A DNA stretch of 64,000 nt from an uncultured Acidimicrobiales bacterium (GCA_943788915.1 CALSSD010000010.1:620001-684000), one strand, 5' to 3'. Positions 32,692-42,097 are shown, counted from the first letter of the stretch. The notes: a model not told the origin generated them from the letters alone. Numbers and translations are program-made.

Positions 32692-33165
32692 ATGACTGCA
32701 ACCGCCTTGGCATTTGATCCGGCCCTCGACCGCTTCGACGATTCAGATGGCACCGGCTTCGATGGCACCGTCTCTGGCCGCCCCCAGCTTCGACTGATCC
32801 AGGGCGGCGGCGCTAGCCGTGTCCTCCCTGCGGTTGCGCCGGCGCCTAACGCCTCGGTCGAGGTCTACCGCCGCCGGCGGTTCCTCGCTCTACTCGCGGT
32901 CACCACCATGATCGTGATCGTCGCATTGGCATCTGGGGTTTCGCTCACTAGCTTCTCAAGCACCCCTGCGTCGGTAGCCACCGACACAACACCGCTGGTG
33001 CATGTCGTGCTGCCGGGCGACTCGTATGCTGCGATCGCTGCCGACCTGGGAGCCCCGAAACCAGTCGTGGTTGGCGAACGGTTGCGGAGTGCCAACGGCG
33101 GAAGTGACCTGGTTGTAGGCCAGCGACTGATCGTCGACAGAGCGGTGTTGGCTGCGGCTGGCTGA
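32692..33165 (+). CDS. LysM-domain membrane protein, probable SOS cell-division inhibitor (YneA/ChiZ-like)
   Basis: YRRRR followed by a TM helix and a LysM-like HVVLPGDSYAAIA..LRSANGGSDLVVGQRL; divergent from lexA. Confidence 0.8.
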   Translation: MTATALAFDPALDRFDDSDGTGFDGTVSGRPQLRLIQGGGASRVLPAVAPAPNASVEVYRRRRFLALLAVTTMIVIVALASGVSLTSFSSTPASVATDTTPLVHVVLPGDSYAAIAADLGAPKPVVVGERLRSANGGSDLVVGQRLIVDRAVLAAAG

Positions 33166-33225
33166 GCGGTGTTGGCTAGGGCATCGTTGCCAGTGTCTGT
33201 CGGTGGCTTGGCTGCGGTGGCTTGA

Positions 33226-33915
33226 TTAGCGCTGACGCAGGTACCGGGCAAAGATCAGGTCGTCTGCCAACAGGACCCGGTCAACGCCGAAGCGGCGTTC
33301 GTCGGGCATAACCCCGCCGTTCGTCAGACGGGATCCCGTGCCACCGGCGATCAACGGTGAATAACTGATGAGCATCTCGTCTACAAGATCTGCTCGGAGG
33401 AAGTGGCTGTTAAGGGTCGGTCCTCCTTCGAGCATCACCGCCTGCATCCCTCGACTATCCAGGTCTGCGAGGACCCGTTCCGGATCAACCGAATCACCGA
33501 GAGCGATCACCTCGGCGATGCCGTCAAAGTCTGGCCCACGGGTCTCCGCAGCCTGGTTGGTTGTGTACAGGATTGGTTGGTTGTCAGCGTCGCTGAACAG
33601 GCGAGCGGCGGGATCCGGCGACAGGGATCCCGTCAAAACCGCAATCGGTACGGTGGTGGGCTGGTAGTCCTCGGCGGCAGCGGTGGTAGCGCCGACCACA
33701 ATGGCATCAGCATGGCGCCGGGCGGCTAGGAATCGTTGGTGGTCGGCGGGTGAACCGAGCCCACCAGACACGCCGTCGAGCGCAATTGCGCCATCGACCG
33801 ATGTGATCATGATCAGCGTGACCCACGGGCGACCCGCAGGTTTGGGGCGTGCATCGGCGGCAAGCCGTGCCGCTATATCGACGTTGGGATCGGGATTCGG
33901 CCACAGTTCCTGCAT
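33226..33915 (-). CDS. RibD C-terminal/pyrimidine reductase family protein
   Basis: ITSVDGA, ADAIVVGA, MLEGGPTLN, DLVDEM. Confidence 0.88.
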   Translation of the reverse strand: MQELWPNPDPNVDIAARLAADARPKPAGRPWVTLIMITSVDGAIALDGVSGGLGSPADHQRFLAARRHADAIVVGATTAAAEDYQPTTVPIAVLTGSLSPDPAARLFSDADNQPILYTTNQAAETRGPDFDGIAEVIALGDSVDPERVLADLDSRGMQAVMLEGGPTLNSHFLRADLVDEMLISYSPLIAGGTGSRLTNGGVMPDERRFGVDRVLLADDLIFARYLRQR

Positions 33916-33963
33916 CGACCAGCACCGTACCGGTACGCCACCGTCAATGCCGTTCGGCGGGGG

Positions 33964-35292
33964 TCAGGTTCCGCTGCGGTGTGCCCCGGTGACAATCCAC
34001 GCGTCGCCTTTGATCCGCCAACCAAGTGTCACTGCCCGAGCAGCGATGAAGAGAACGAGGGCGATCCACAATCCGATCAGTCCGCCGTCGACGATCTGCA
34101 CGATCCACAGCAGGCCTAAGAAGAAGATGCTGTTGGCGGCCATGGCATAGGCCAAGAATCGCATGTCGCCAGCGCCGATGAGAATGCCGTCGAGTGCGAA
34201 AACTGCGCCAGCCAGCGGTTGCATGATCGCCAAAAGAAGGAGCACCCCGAGCGTCTTGTCGATGACCGCGGGGTCGTTCGTGAACAAGTTGGGAAGGATC
34301 GGGCGCACCAGCAGCAGGAGCCCGGAAGCAACGACACCTAGGCCGATGCCCCACACCACGAGCCGTCGGCCCGTGCTCAACGCTCGTGGCGCGTCGTTAG
34401 CTCCCAACAAGGTGCCAACCATTGCCTGGCCGGCAATGGCGATCGCATCTAACGCCAGTGCTACGAAGTAAAAGAGTTGGCTCGCAATCTCGTGCGCCCC
34501 AAGCGACGCTTCGCCTTTCGCTGCAGCGAACGCTGCCGCAACAATGAATGACAGACGGAGCGCTGTCGTGCGTATGAACAGTGAAACGCCGTCGCGACCC
34601 AACGCTCGTATAGCCACACCGTCGGGCCGCCAGCCAACGTCGTGTTCGTTGGCTGCATGGCCGATCCACCACAGATAGAACCCCGCTCCGACCCATTGGA
34701 AGACGACCGTTGATAGCGCCGAAGCGCCAACACCAAAGCCGAGCCCAAAGACCAAGAACAGTTCGAGAAACAGGTTGCCAATCGCGGTACCCAATGCAAT
34801 GTACAACGGGCGTTTGGTGTCCTTCAGGCCACGGAGATATCCCACTCCAGCCATCACCAGCAACATGGCGGGAAACCCGAAGACCGAGACCCGCAAGTAA
34901 CGCACACCGAACTTTTCGACGTCATCTGATGCTTGGAGTAGTCGAAGGAGTTGGGGGGCGAAGGTGAAGCAGATGACAGCGAAGACGATGCCAGCCGCTA
35001 CCGCGATCCATAACCCTTGCACTGCTTGGTTGGCAGCGTCGCGGTCCTTGCCCGCCCCCAGCAAACGGGACACCGCCGAGGTCGTGCCGTAGGCCAGAAA
35101 CAGCGAAATCGATAGAACGGTGCCGATGACCTGGGCCGCCAACCCGAGTCCGCCGAGCTCAGCCGTTCCAATATTGCCAACCACGGCGGTATCGGCAAGG
35201 ACATAGAGGGGCTCGGCGATCAGAGCGCCCAATGCCGGTATCGCAAGCGCGAACATCTCGCGATCGGTACCGGTTAATCGGCTGGTGAGCAT
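33964..35292 (-). CDS. MATE-family efflux transporter (DinF-like)
   Basis: LAIPALGALIAEPLYVLADTAVVG, RGLKDTKRP, LDGILIGAGD. Confidence 0.92.
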   Translation of the reverse strand: MLTSRLTGTDREMFALAIPALGALIAEPLYVLADTAVVGNIGTAELGGLGLAAQVIGTVLSISLFLAYGTTSAVSRLLGAGKDRDAANQAVQGLWIAVAAGIVFAVICFTFAPQLLRLLQASDDVEKFGVRYLRVSVFGFPAMLLVMAGVGYLRGLKDTKRPLYIALGTAIGNLFLELFLVFGLGFGVGASALSTVVFQWVGAGFYLWWIGHAANEHDVGWRPDGVAIRALGRDGVSLFIRTTALRLSFIVAAAFAAAKGEASLGAHEIASQLFYFVALALDAIAIAGQAMVGTLLGANDAPRALSTGRRLVVWGIGLGVVASGLLLLVRPILPNLFTNDPAVIDKTLGVLLLLAIMQPLAGAVFALDGILIGAGDMRFLAYAMAANSIFFLGLLWIVQIVDGGLIGLWIALVLFIAARAVTLGWRIKGDAWIVTGAHRSGT

Positions 35293-35358
35293 CGTGACAT
35301 TCTGGTACGTGGGGAGATATCAGATGAGTTCATTGCTGACGGGTAGTGTTGGCAGGAT

Positions 35359-36978
35359 ATGAGCGACATCATCCTGTCGGGTGCCGACAGTGACACGGGA
35401 ACCAAACAATGGCTCAACGGAGCTGTTGGTTACGAGGTTTATGTCCGGTCCTTCGCCGACAGCAATGGTGATGGCATCGGTGATATCGCAGGCATCACCG
35501 GGCGCCTCGATTATTTGAAGTGGCTCGGGGTCGACATCGTCTGGGTCACGCCGTTCTACCCGTCGCCCGGACATGATCATGGCTACGACGTGTCGTTCTA
35601 CTGCGACGTCGACCCACAGCACGGCTCCCTTGCTGATGTCGATGCCATGATCGAGCGGGCACACCAGCTCGACATGAAGATCATCTTTGACATCGTGCCC
35701 AATCACACATCGTCGGAGCATCGGTGGTTCAAGACGGCGATCGCGGACCCCACATCGCCCGAACGCGACTACTACCTGTTCCGCGACCCCAAGGCTGATG
35801 GAAGCCCACCGAACAACTGGATCAGTCATTTCGGCGGCAGCGCATGGACCCTCGACAAAGACAGCGGTCAGTATTATTGCCACCTGTTCCTTCCTGAGCA
35901 GCCAGACCTGAACTGGCGCAACCCTTCGGTGCGAGCCGAGTTCGATACGATCTATGCGTTCTGGTTCGTTCGAGGCGTCGACGGGTTTCGCATCGACGAT
36001 GCCCACGGGCTCCTGAAACATCCTGACTTCCTCGACAATCCATTACGTTCAGAGATCCCCGAAGGGGCTGGTCCACTGGAGACGTTCTTCAGCTACGACC
36101 ACACCTACGACATGGACCAAGACGGCAACCTCGAGATCTTCACCCGATGGCAAGACGTGGCCCGCCCGTACGACGCGTGTCTGCTCGCTGAGACCGGCGT
36201 GACCGACCCGCACCGCCTGGCCTGGTACGTGGGCGATGGCGCCCTAGACCTCGCATTCTTCCTGAAGCCGGGCTGGCTCGGGTGGGAGCCCGAGACCTTT
36301 GTCCGGGAACTTACAGAACTTGCAGCGATCGAGCCGAATGGTGTGTCGTGGGTCATCAGCAACCATGACCAGGCCCGCCCAGCGAGTCGATTCGGCGATG
36401 GAGCCGAAGGGCGCAACCGGGCCATGGCCGTAACCACGATGATGTTTTCACTCGGTGGTGTGCCGTATCTATACCAGGGTGAAGAACTGGGATCACCAAA
36501 TGGTGTTATCGCCTCGGAGAACCGAGCTGATCCTGTCTCGACCCGCAACAGTACATCCGAAGGCCGCGACGTATGCCGCACGCCGATGGCGTGGAATAGT
36601 GATCGGTTCAACGGTTTCTCCACGGCCCAACCGTGGCTCGTGTCCGAAGAACGTCCTCCAGATTTCACCGTGGCTGGCCAACACGCGAACCCGGCAGCGC
36701 CACTCCATCGTTATCGCCGCCTCATAACGTTGCGCCAGCAGCTCAAAGAGTTGTGGGCTGCCGAGCTGAAGCTCGTGCCAAGTGGCCGCGACGACGTGGC
36801 CGTGATCCAACGTGGTTCAACACTTACTGTGGCCAACCTGGGGCCCACACCGTTCGCCATCAACCTGGGTGACAGCAGCTGGAAGGTTGCGTTTGCGTCC
36901 CAGGGCGGTGACGGTGATAGCGCGAGCGGCATTGTGAATGTTGCTGCCGAAACTACCGCCATCATGATTCCAGCGTGA
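35359..36978 (+). CDS. GH13 alpha-glucosidase/alpha-amylase family
   Basis: YVRSFADSNGDGIGD, DIVPNH, DGFRID, SNHD, LYQGEELG, RDVCRTPM. Confidence 0.92.
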   Translation: MSDIILSGADSDTGTKQWLNGAVGYEVYVRSFADSNGDGIGDIAGITGRLDYLKWLGVDIVWVTPFYPSPGHDHGYDVSFYCDVDPQHGSLADVDAMIERAHQLDMKIIFDIVPNHTSSEHRWFKTAIADPTSPERDYYLFRDPKADGSPPNNWISHFGGSAWTLDKDSGQYYCHLFLPEQPDLNWRNPSVRAEFDTIYAFWFVRGVDGFRIDDAHGLLKHPDFLDNPLRSEIPEGAGPLETFFSYDHTYDMDQDGNLEIFTRWQDVARPYDACLLAETGVTDPHRLAWYVGDGALDLAFFLKPGWLGWEPETFVRELTELAAIEPNGVSWVISNHDQARPASRFGDGAEGRNRAMAVTTMMFSLGGVPYLYQGEELGSPNGVIASENRADPVSTRNSTSEGRDVCRTPMAWNSDRFNGFSTAQPWLVSEERPPDFTVAGQHANPAAPLHRYRRLITLRQQLKELWAAELKLVPSGRDDVAVIQRGSTLTVANLGPTPFAINLGDSSWKVAFASQGGDGDSASGIVNVAAETTAIMIPA

Positions 36979-37046
36979 ATCTGCCCTCTCTCCCTCCCTA
37001 TTTTCTTGTGCCTCACTCCCTGAACCTGAACGGCAGCACCTAACTC

Positions 37047-38888
37047 ATGCCCGCAAACTTGCCTGTCATCGTCGGATTCGGTGGGGTCAACCCAGCGGGA
37101 CGGCTGTCGTTCCATCATGGCTATCGGCGCATGGTGATCGAAGCTTTGGGAGATGTAGCGTCATCGCGCACGTTCTCCAGCTTGGCGGCGCTCATGGGGC
37201 GTTCTGGCCAAGCCGACGACCCTGAGGCCCGCAAAGCAATGCTTGCTGGCTCGCTGATCCGGGGCTTGAACGAGGATCACGAGAACCAGATGCGGTGGCA
37301 TACCGCGGTGCCGCACGACGATGGCCACGAAGGCTTAACGTTCCAACTGAGTGCTAGGCAGTTGCCCGAAGTGCTTCCTGAGAACTGGCACGTCTCCGAT
37401 GGCCCCGATCGAACAGTGAACGTAACCGTCACCGGCGATCCTCACCTGTTTACCCAGACCTCGCAGCCGCTTAAGGTCAACTCGGCTGGCCAGCTTCCTG
37501 ACGGCTTCGCTCCAGGCGCGTTGTACGGCTCTCGCAGCCACCCTCGTGGTCTGCAAATCACGGTGTTTGCTGCGTCCGATGCGTTGCGGAGTTCTGGACT
37601 GGGCCTCGATTTACTTAAGGCCAAGGTCAAACCAGATCAGTTCGCCGTGTACTCGGGCAGTGCCATGGGTCAGCTTGACAACGAGGGTTATGGCGGCCTG
37701 TACCAGAACAGCCTGGTAGGGAAACGTCCAACATCAAAGAACGTGCCCCTTGGTTTGTCAGAGATGCCAGGCGACTTCATCAATGCCTATGTGCTGGGGT
37801 CGGTCGGCGATACAGCGGGCATCATCGGGGCATGCGCAACGTTCTTGTACAACCTCAAACGGGGAGCCGAAGCCATTGCATCGGGCGACAAGCGGGTCGT
37901 GCTCGTCGGCAATGCCGAGGCGCCGATCGTCCCTGAAGTGATCGAGGGTTACCGGATCATGGGAGCGTTGACCGAGGACGAAGCCATCATGGCCCTCGAT
38001 GGCAGCGATGCTCCTGATCTCCGACGTTCGTGCCGGCCATTCTCGGCCAACGCAGGTTTCACTGTTGCCGAATCAGGGGTCTACACCCTGCTGATGGACG
38101 ACGAACTTGCTATCGAGCTTGGTGCCCAGATCCTGGGTTCGGTTGGTGGCGTCTTCGTGAACGCCGATGGTTTCAAGAAGTCGATTCCAGGGCCTGGCGT
38201 TGGTAACTACATCACCGTGGGTAAGGCAATGGGGCTGGCGCGAAGCATGTTGGGAGAAGACGGGTTGCTCACCGGCACCCACATACAAGCCCATGGTACG
38301 GGCACACCTCAGAACCGGGTGACCGAGTCAGACATCCTCAGTCGTCTAGCTGGAACCTTCGGGATCGACCGTTGGCCAGTGGCCGCGATCAAGTCCTACG
38401 TAGGGCATTCTATGGCGCCAGCTGGTGGCGACCAGCTGAGTGCGGTTCTCGGCACGTGGAACGACGGGTGGCTTCCTGGGATCACATCGATTGATCATGT
38501 CGCCGACGATGTCGTTACCGACAACCTGGCGTTGGCAATGGACCACACCGAACTCGATGAATCACAGCGCCAAGCAGCGTTCATCAATAGCAAAGGATTT
38601 GGCGGCAACAACGCCACCGGCCTGGTCATGTCACCCGCATGGACACAAAAAATGTTGACGCAACGGTGGGGGAGCGACGTGATGTCCGGCCACGCATCCC
38701 GGGCCGAAGCTGTCGCTGCCGCTGCGAGCGACTACGACGACGCCATGTGCACCGAGACTGTAGAGAGCATCTACCAGTTCGGCGAGGGCGTGCTCACCGG
38801 CGACGATCTTGAGATCACCGACCAGGAGATTCGTTTGCCTGGCTTCGGGCTACCAGTCGATCTCGATATCCCTAATCCCTTCGTCTAG
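37047..38888 (+). CDS. fabY: FabY-type beta-ketoacyl-ACP synthase
   Basis: N-terminus LPVIVGFGGVNPAGRLSFHHGYRRMV as in Pseudomonas FabY; Cys-His-His triad GACATF, AHGTGT, GHSM; NSKGFGGNNA; 613 aa. Confidence 0.75.
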   Translation: MPANLPVIVGFGGVNPAGRLSFHHGYRRMVIEALGDVASSRTFSSLAALMGRSGQADDPEARKAMLAGSLIRGLNEDHENQMRWHTAVPHDDGHEGLTFQLSARQLPEVLPENWHVSDGPDRTVNVTVTGDPHLFTQTSQPLKVNSAGQLPDGFAPGALYGSRSHPRGLQITVFAASDALRSSGLGLDLLKAKVKPDQFAVYSGSAMGQLDNEGYGGLYQNSLVGKRPTSKNVPLGLSEMPGDFINAYVLGSVGDTAGIIGACATFLYNLKRGAEAIASGDKRVVLVGNAEAPIVPEVIEGYRIMGALTEDEAIMALDGSDAPDLRRSCRPFSANAGFTVAESGVYTLLMDDELAIELGAQILGSVGGVFVNADGFKKSIPGPGVGNYITVGKAMGLARSMLGEDGLLTGTHIQAHGTGTPQNRVTESDILSRLAGTFGIDRWPVAAIKSYVGHSMAPAGGDQLSAVLGTWNDGWLPGITSIDHVADDVVTDNLALAMDHTELDESQRQAAFINSKGFGGNNATGLVMSPAWTQKMLTQRWGSDVMSGHASRAEAVAAAASDYDDAMCTETVESIYQFGEGVLTGDDLEITDQEIRLPGFGLPVDLDIPNPFV

Positions 38889-38950
38889 CCACGAAGGGGC
38901 ACGTACCTCGTACCCGTCCTTGGTGAAGCAGGCGGGAGTGGCGCAGCGGT

Positions 38951-40003
38951 TTAGTAGAGCTTGCCGTGGTCTAGCTGGGGTAGAACGTGTTCGGCGAAGA
39001 GGTCACATTCTGCGATGTGTGGGTAGCCGCTCAGGATGAACGCCTCGACACCAACATCTTGGTAGGCGGCAAGTTTCGCTGCCACCTGGTCGGGATCGCC
39101 AACGATCGCGGCGCCAGCGCCGGAACGAGCCTTGCCGACACCCGTCCACAAGTTGGCTTCTGCGTAGCCGTCGTCGTCGGCGCTGTCTCGCAGTGCCGAC
39201 TGGCGGGACACCCCGACCGAGGCGGTGTCGAGTGACTTCTGCCGGATTGCCTCGCCGGTGTCCGAGTCGAGTTGGCTAATCAACCGGTCTGCAGCAGCAC
39301 GGGCTTCGGCTTCGGTTTCGCGCACGATCACGTGGCTGCGAAGGCCGTACTTGAGCTCACGCTCGTGACGGTCGGCCCGTTCGGTCATGTCGGTGATCGT
39401 GTCGCCGACTGATGCGACGGTGTCAGGCCAGGTCAGGAAGACATCGGCGGCAGCGGCAGCCGTCTCTTTGGCAGCTGGCGAGAAGCCGCCAAAATAGATC
39501 GGTGGGCAGACTCCTGAAACCGTGCCAAGCCGCGGTGGGTCCAGCTCGAGGTTCACGAACTCCCCGTGGAAATCGATCGATTCACCGTCGAGAAGCTGGC
39601 GCAACACCTGCATCCACTCAAGCGTGCGCTGGTAACGCGGTGTCGACTCAAGCGCTTCGCCAGGAATATCGCTGCTGATGATGTTGATGGTCAGACGCCC
39701 GTGGAGCATCTGATCGATGGTTGCTAGCTGACGAGCGAGTTGCGGCAGCCACATCTCACCCATGCGCACAGCGAGCAACAGGCTGATCTGTTCAACATGA
39801 GGTGCGATGCCAGCAGCAAATGCGGTGCTGTCGATGCCCAGCGAATAACCAGACGGCAACAAGATGTTGTCGAAACCATTGCGGTCGGCAGTGAGCGTGA
39901 TGTCTCGACAGTGCTCCCACGAGCTAGCCAGATCGAAGTTGGGGACACCTAAGAACTCGTAGTCGTCGTCGCAGAGTGCGGAGAACCAGCTGACTTCGAT
40001 CAT
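38951..40003 (-). CDS. smoC: LLM-class flavin monooxygenase, putative sulfoquinovose monooxygenase (SmoC/SquD-like)
   Basis: EVSWFSALCDDDYEFLGVP..SSWEHC, NIISSD, NLWTGVGKARSGAGAAIVG, AFILSGYPH recalled as matching SmoC/SquD. Confidence 0.7.
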   Translation of the reverse strand: MIEVSWFSALCDDDYEFLGVPNFDLASSWEHCRDITLTADRNGFDNILLPSGYSLGIDSTAFAAGIAPHVEQISLLLAVRMGEMWLPQLARQLATIDQMLHGRLTINIISSDIPGEALESTPRYQRTLEWMQVLRQLLDGESIDFHGEFVNLELDPPRLGTVSGVCPPIYFGGFSPAAKETAAAAADVFLTWPDTVASVGDTITDMTERADRHERELKYGLRSHVIVRETEAEARAAADRLISQLDSDTGEAIRQKSLDTASVGVSRQSALRDSADDDGYAEANLWTGVGKARSGAGAAIVGDPDQVAAKLAAYQDVGVEAFILSGYPHIAECDLFAEHVLPQLDHGKLY

Positions 40004-40905
40004 GGGAGGGGAACTCCTTCGGAGGCTTGGACGATGGCGTACACATCGTTGCGGTCCAACGTGATGGACAGCGCAGCGGTACTCGATGCGATCCGTTCAG
40101 TCTTCTGGGTGCCGATGATGGCGACTGGGTCCGATGGGTGGGCAAGTACGAATCCGAGTGCAATGGCGGTGCGGTCGACGCCTTCGCGTTCGGCGAGTCC
40201 GTCGATGACAGCGGTGAGTTCTGGGTTCATACCATCAGGGCCATCAGCGAAGATCCGTCCGCCGCCTAACGGGCTCCACGCCAGTGGAGTGATGTCGTCG
40301 CGCATGGCCCGATCGAAGGTGCCATCGCGGAGCGGGCCGAGTTCGATCACCGAGTACTCCGGCTGAGTAGTGACCATGGGGAATTCAAGGTGGGCAGCAA
40401 GAGCGTCGTACTGATCGGGGGTGTAGTTCGAGACACCGACCTCGCGAATCTTGCCCTCGTCGCGCAGTTCGGTGAGCGTGGCGGCGACCTCAGCAGGATG
40501 GGTGAACATGTCGGGGCGATGAACTTGGTACAGGTCGATCACATCGACGTTGAGGCGGCGGAGCGAGGCTTCAACAGCTGAACGCAGGTACTCGGCGCTG
40601 GAGTTGTAGGGCGTCGGGGGAGTGATCCCGCCTTTGGTTGCCAACACCATCTGTTCACGGAGATGCGGGGCTTGCCCAAGTACTCGGCCAAAGATCTCCT
40701 CGGCTTCACCGAAACCTACATCGACACTTTGGAAGCCATAAATATCGGCGGTGTCGATCAGGTTCATACCCGCAGCCAATGCTGCCTCGACGAGCGACTG
40801 AGCATGAGCGATGTCGTCATTGTCGAAGCGCCACATGCCGTAGGCAAGCAGGCCGACGTCGAATTGACCGAGAGAGCGCGGGGCGCCCGAGATCAAGTTG
40901 GACAT
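40000..40905 (-). CDS. Aldo/keto reductase, putative 6-oxo-glucose reductase (SquF/SmoB role)
   Basis: AYGMWR, DTADIYG, LATKGG, DLYQVHRPD, GVSN, AWSPLGGG; ATGA overlap with the monooxygenase. Confidence 0.75.
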   Translation of the reverse strand: MSNLISGAPRSLGQFDVGLLAYGMWRFDNDDIAHAQSLVEAALAAGMNLIDTADIYGFQSVDVGFGEAEEIFGRVLGQAPHLREQMVLATKGGITPPTPYNSSAEYLRSAVEASLRRLNVDVIDLYQVHRPDMFTHPAEVAATLTELRDEGKIREVGVSNYTPDQYDALAAHLEFPMVTTQPEYSVIELGPLRDGTFDRAMRDDITPLAWSPLGGGRIFADGPDGMNPELTAVIDGLAEREGVDRTAIALGFVLAHPSDPVAIIGTQKTERIASSTAALSITLDRNDVYAIVQASEGVPLP

Positions 40906-41009
40906 ACCTACAAGATACTCCTCGACGTGCTGCCATTGGTCCTACCCGCAGCATCGTTCCCGACAGACGCAATGATCGTGGTCGAAGGACATCGGCCATT
41001 CGCCGCAAG

Positions 41010-41044
41010 CGAAAAGTTACGTCCCCTGGGGACGTAACTTCTCG
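41010..41044. repeat. Palindromic intergenic element, copy 2
   Basis: cgaaaagttacgtcccctggggacgtaacttctcg. Confidence 0.85.
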
Positions 41045-41068
41045 AGGAACGAGTCGAAAGCCAGACGG

Positions 41069-41230
41069 GGATTTCTAGGCGAGGCGCTGCCGTTTATGGT
41101 CGACGCGATGCATGTCGAACTCGATGCCCGCTCGATCGCATCGATACGTCGTAACCTGTCGGTGGTTGCAGGTGCCTGCGGCTCTCACGCACCGTTGCTG
41201 GGCGCAGCAGAAATGGCGTGGGAACTGTGA
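41069..41230 (+). pseudogene. 3' remnant of a ROK-family protein
   Basis: GFLGEALPFMVDAMHVELDARSIASIRRNLSVVAGACGSHAPLLGAAEMAWEL*; resembles the ROK C-terminus; 5' part absent. Confidence 0.55.
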
Positions 41231-41330
41231 TCTCGAATCCCGTTGAGAGTCTCGATCACCGGATGTTCGCCTCAGAACTCGTCTAGCAGTTGTTCTATTG
41301 GCACGGTTGTTCTGGAGGCACGATGAGACC

Positions 41331-41365
41331 TGAATTGTTACGTCCCCAGGGGACGTAACAATTCA
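41331..41365. repeat. Palindromic intergenic element, copy 3 (perfect 17-bp arms)
   Basis: tgaattgttacgtcccc-a-ggggacgtaacaattca; overlaps the stop codon of the adjacent minus-strand gene. Confidence 0.9.
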
Positions 41366-41920
41366 CAGACCCCAGATGTTATTCGCTGCTGCGGTTTTGC
41401 GGGCTGGCGGGGTCATCCATTCCGAGCGACCGCCGCGGGCGCCACTGGACGAGACTTCCATCAGCTTGGCGGGCAGTGTCAGGACAACAGCGGTGTCAGG
41501 CAAGTCGGGTGACCCAGGTCGATTCGGTCCGATCACCGTCGGTAGGGCAGAGATGGCCGTGTCGCGAGCGGCTTCGTCGGCGTAGAACTGCACATCCTGG
41601 ATCTGCTCAAACTTGTCGGCTCCCATGAGCACAGCGTCGTAACCTTCGGCAATGTCGACGATGAGTTGTTTGTCGGTCACGACAAGGTTCAGCCACGGTG
41701 CATGGGCAATACTGGCTTCGATCACGGCAATACGCATGTCGAACGGGGCATGGTCCGCGTCTTCTTTGGCGAGAGCGTTGCGAGAAACAACCAGGTCAAT
41801 GCGGGTCAAATTCGCCGCTCTTTTGGCCATAACGGCTATGCCTAGATGGGCGATCGTTGGAGGATCAAACGAGCCGGGGTAGACGCCCGCCCGTTCCTCT
41901 TCATATACTGCGTCGGTCAT
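41363..41920 (-). CDS. Cytidylyltransferase-superfamily nucleotidyltransferase (NadD-like)
   Basis: GVYPGSFDPPTIAH, LMGADK, VSSSGAR. Confidence 0.75.
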   Translation of the reverse strand: MTDAVYEEERAGVYPGSFDPPTIAHLGIAVMAKRAANLTRIDLVVSRNALAKEDADHAPFDMRIAVIEASIAHAPWLNLVVTDKQLIVDIAEGYDAVLMGADKFEQIQDVQFYADEAARDTAISALPTVIGPNRPGSPDLPDTAVVLTLPAKLMEVSSSGARGGRSEWMTPPARKTAAANNIWGL

Positions 41921-41954
41921 GTTGCATCGCACGGTAGTAGCAGTACTTAGGTAG
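41919..41954 (+). CDS. Putative ilvB attenuator leader peptide MLHRTVVAVLR
   Basis: Val/Leu codons GTA GTA GCA GTA CTT; TATACT upstream; followed by hairpins ahead of ilvB. Confidence 0.65.
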   Translation: MLHRTVVAVLR

Positions 41955-42014
41955 CGCACGGATCACATCCCCGTGCGCACTTGGCCTCCCCATCGGGAGG
42001 CCGTTCTGCTTTTC
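41954..42014 (+). promoter_or_regulatory. ilvB attenuator hairpins/terminator
   Basis: gcgcacgg/ccgtgcgc (41954-41978) and ggcctccc-catc-gggaggcc (41983-42002) followed by a T-rich tract. Confidence 0.65.
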
Positions 42015-42097
42015 GGGGTTAAACCCCGTGCATCCGTTCTGGCCTGCAACAGACACAACTAAACACTTATGACTATTGAACTGAACAAGGCAGGTGA

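Noticed and set aside
33964..35292. DinF-like MATE gene as part of the SOS regulon
   Set aside because: No LexA box or RecA-NDp-like motif seen upstream; proximity to lexA alone is not enough
35359..36978. GH13 enzyme as the sulfoquinovosidase for the sulfo-SMO pair
   Set aside because: Known SQases are GH31 or GH188; this gene has ordinary GH13 motifs, lies on the opposite strand and is separated by fabY
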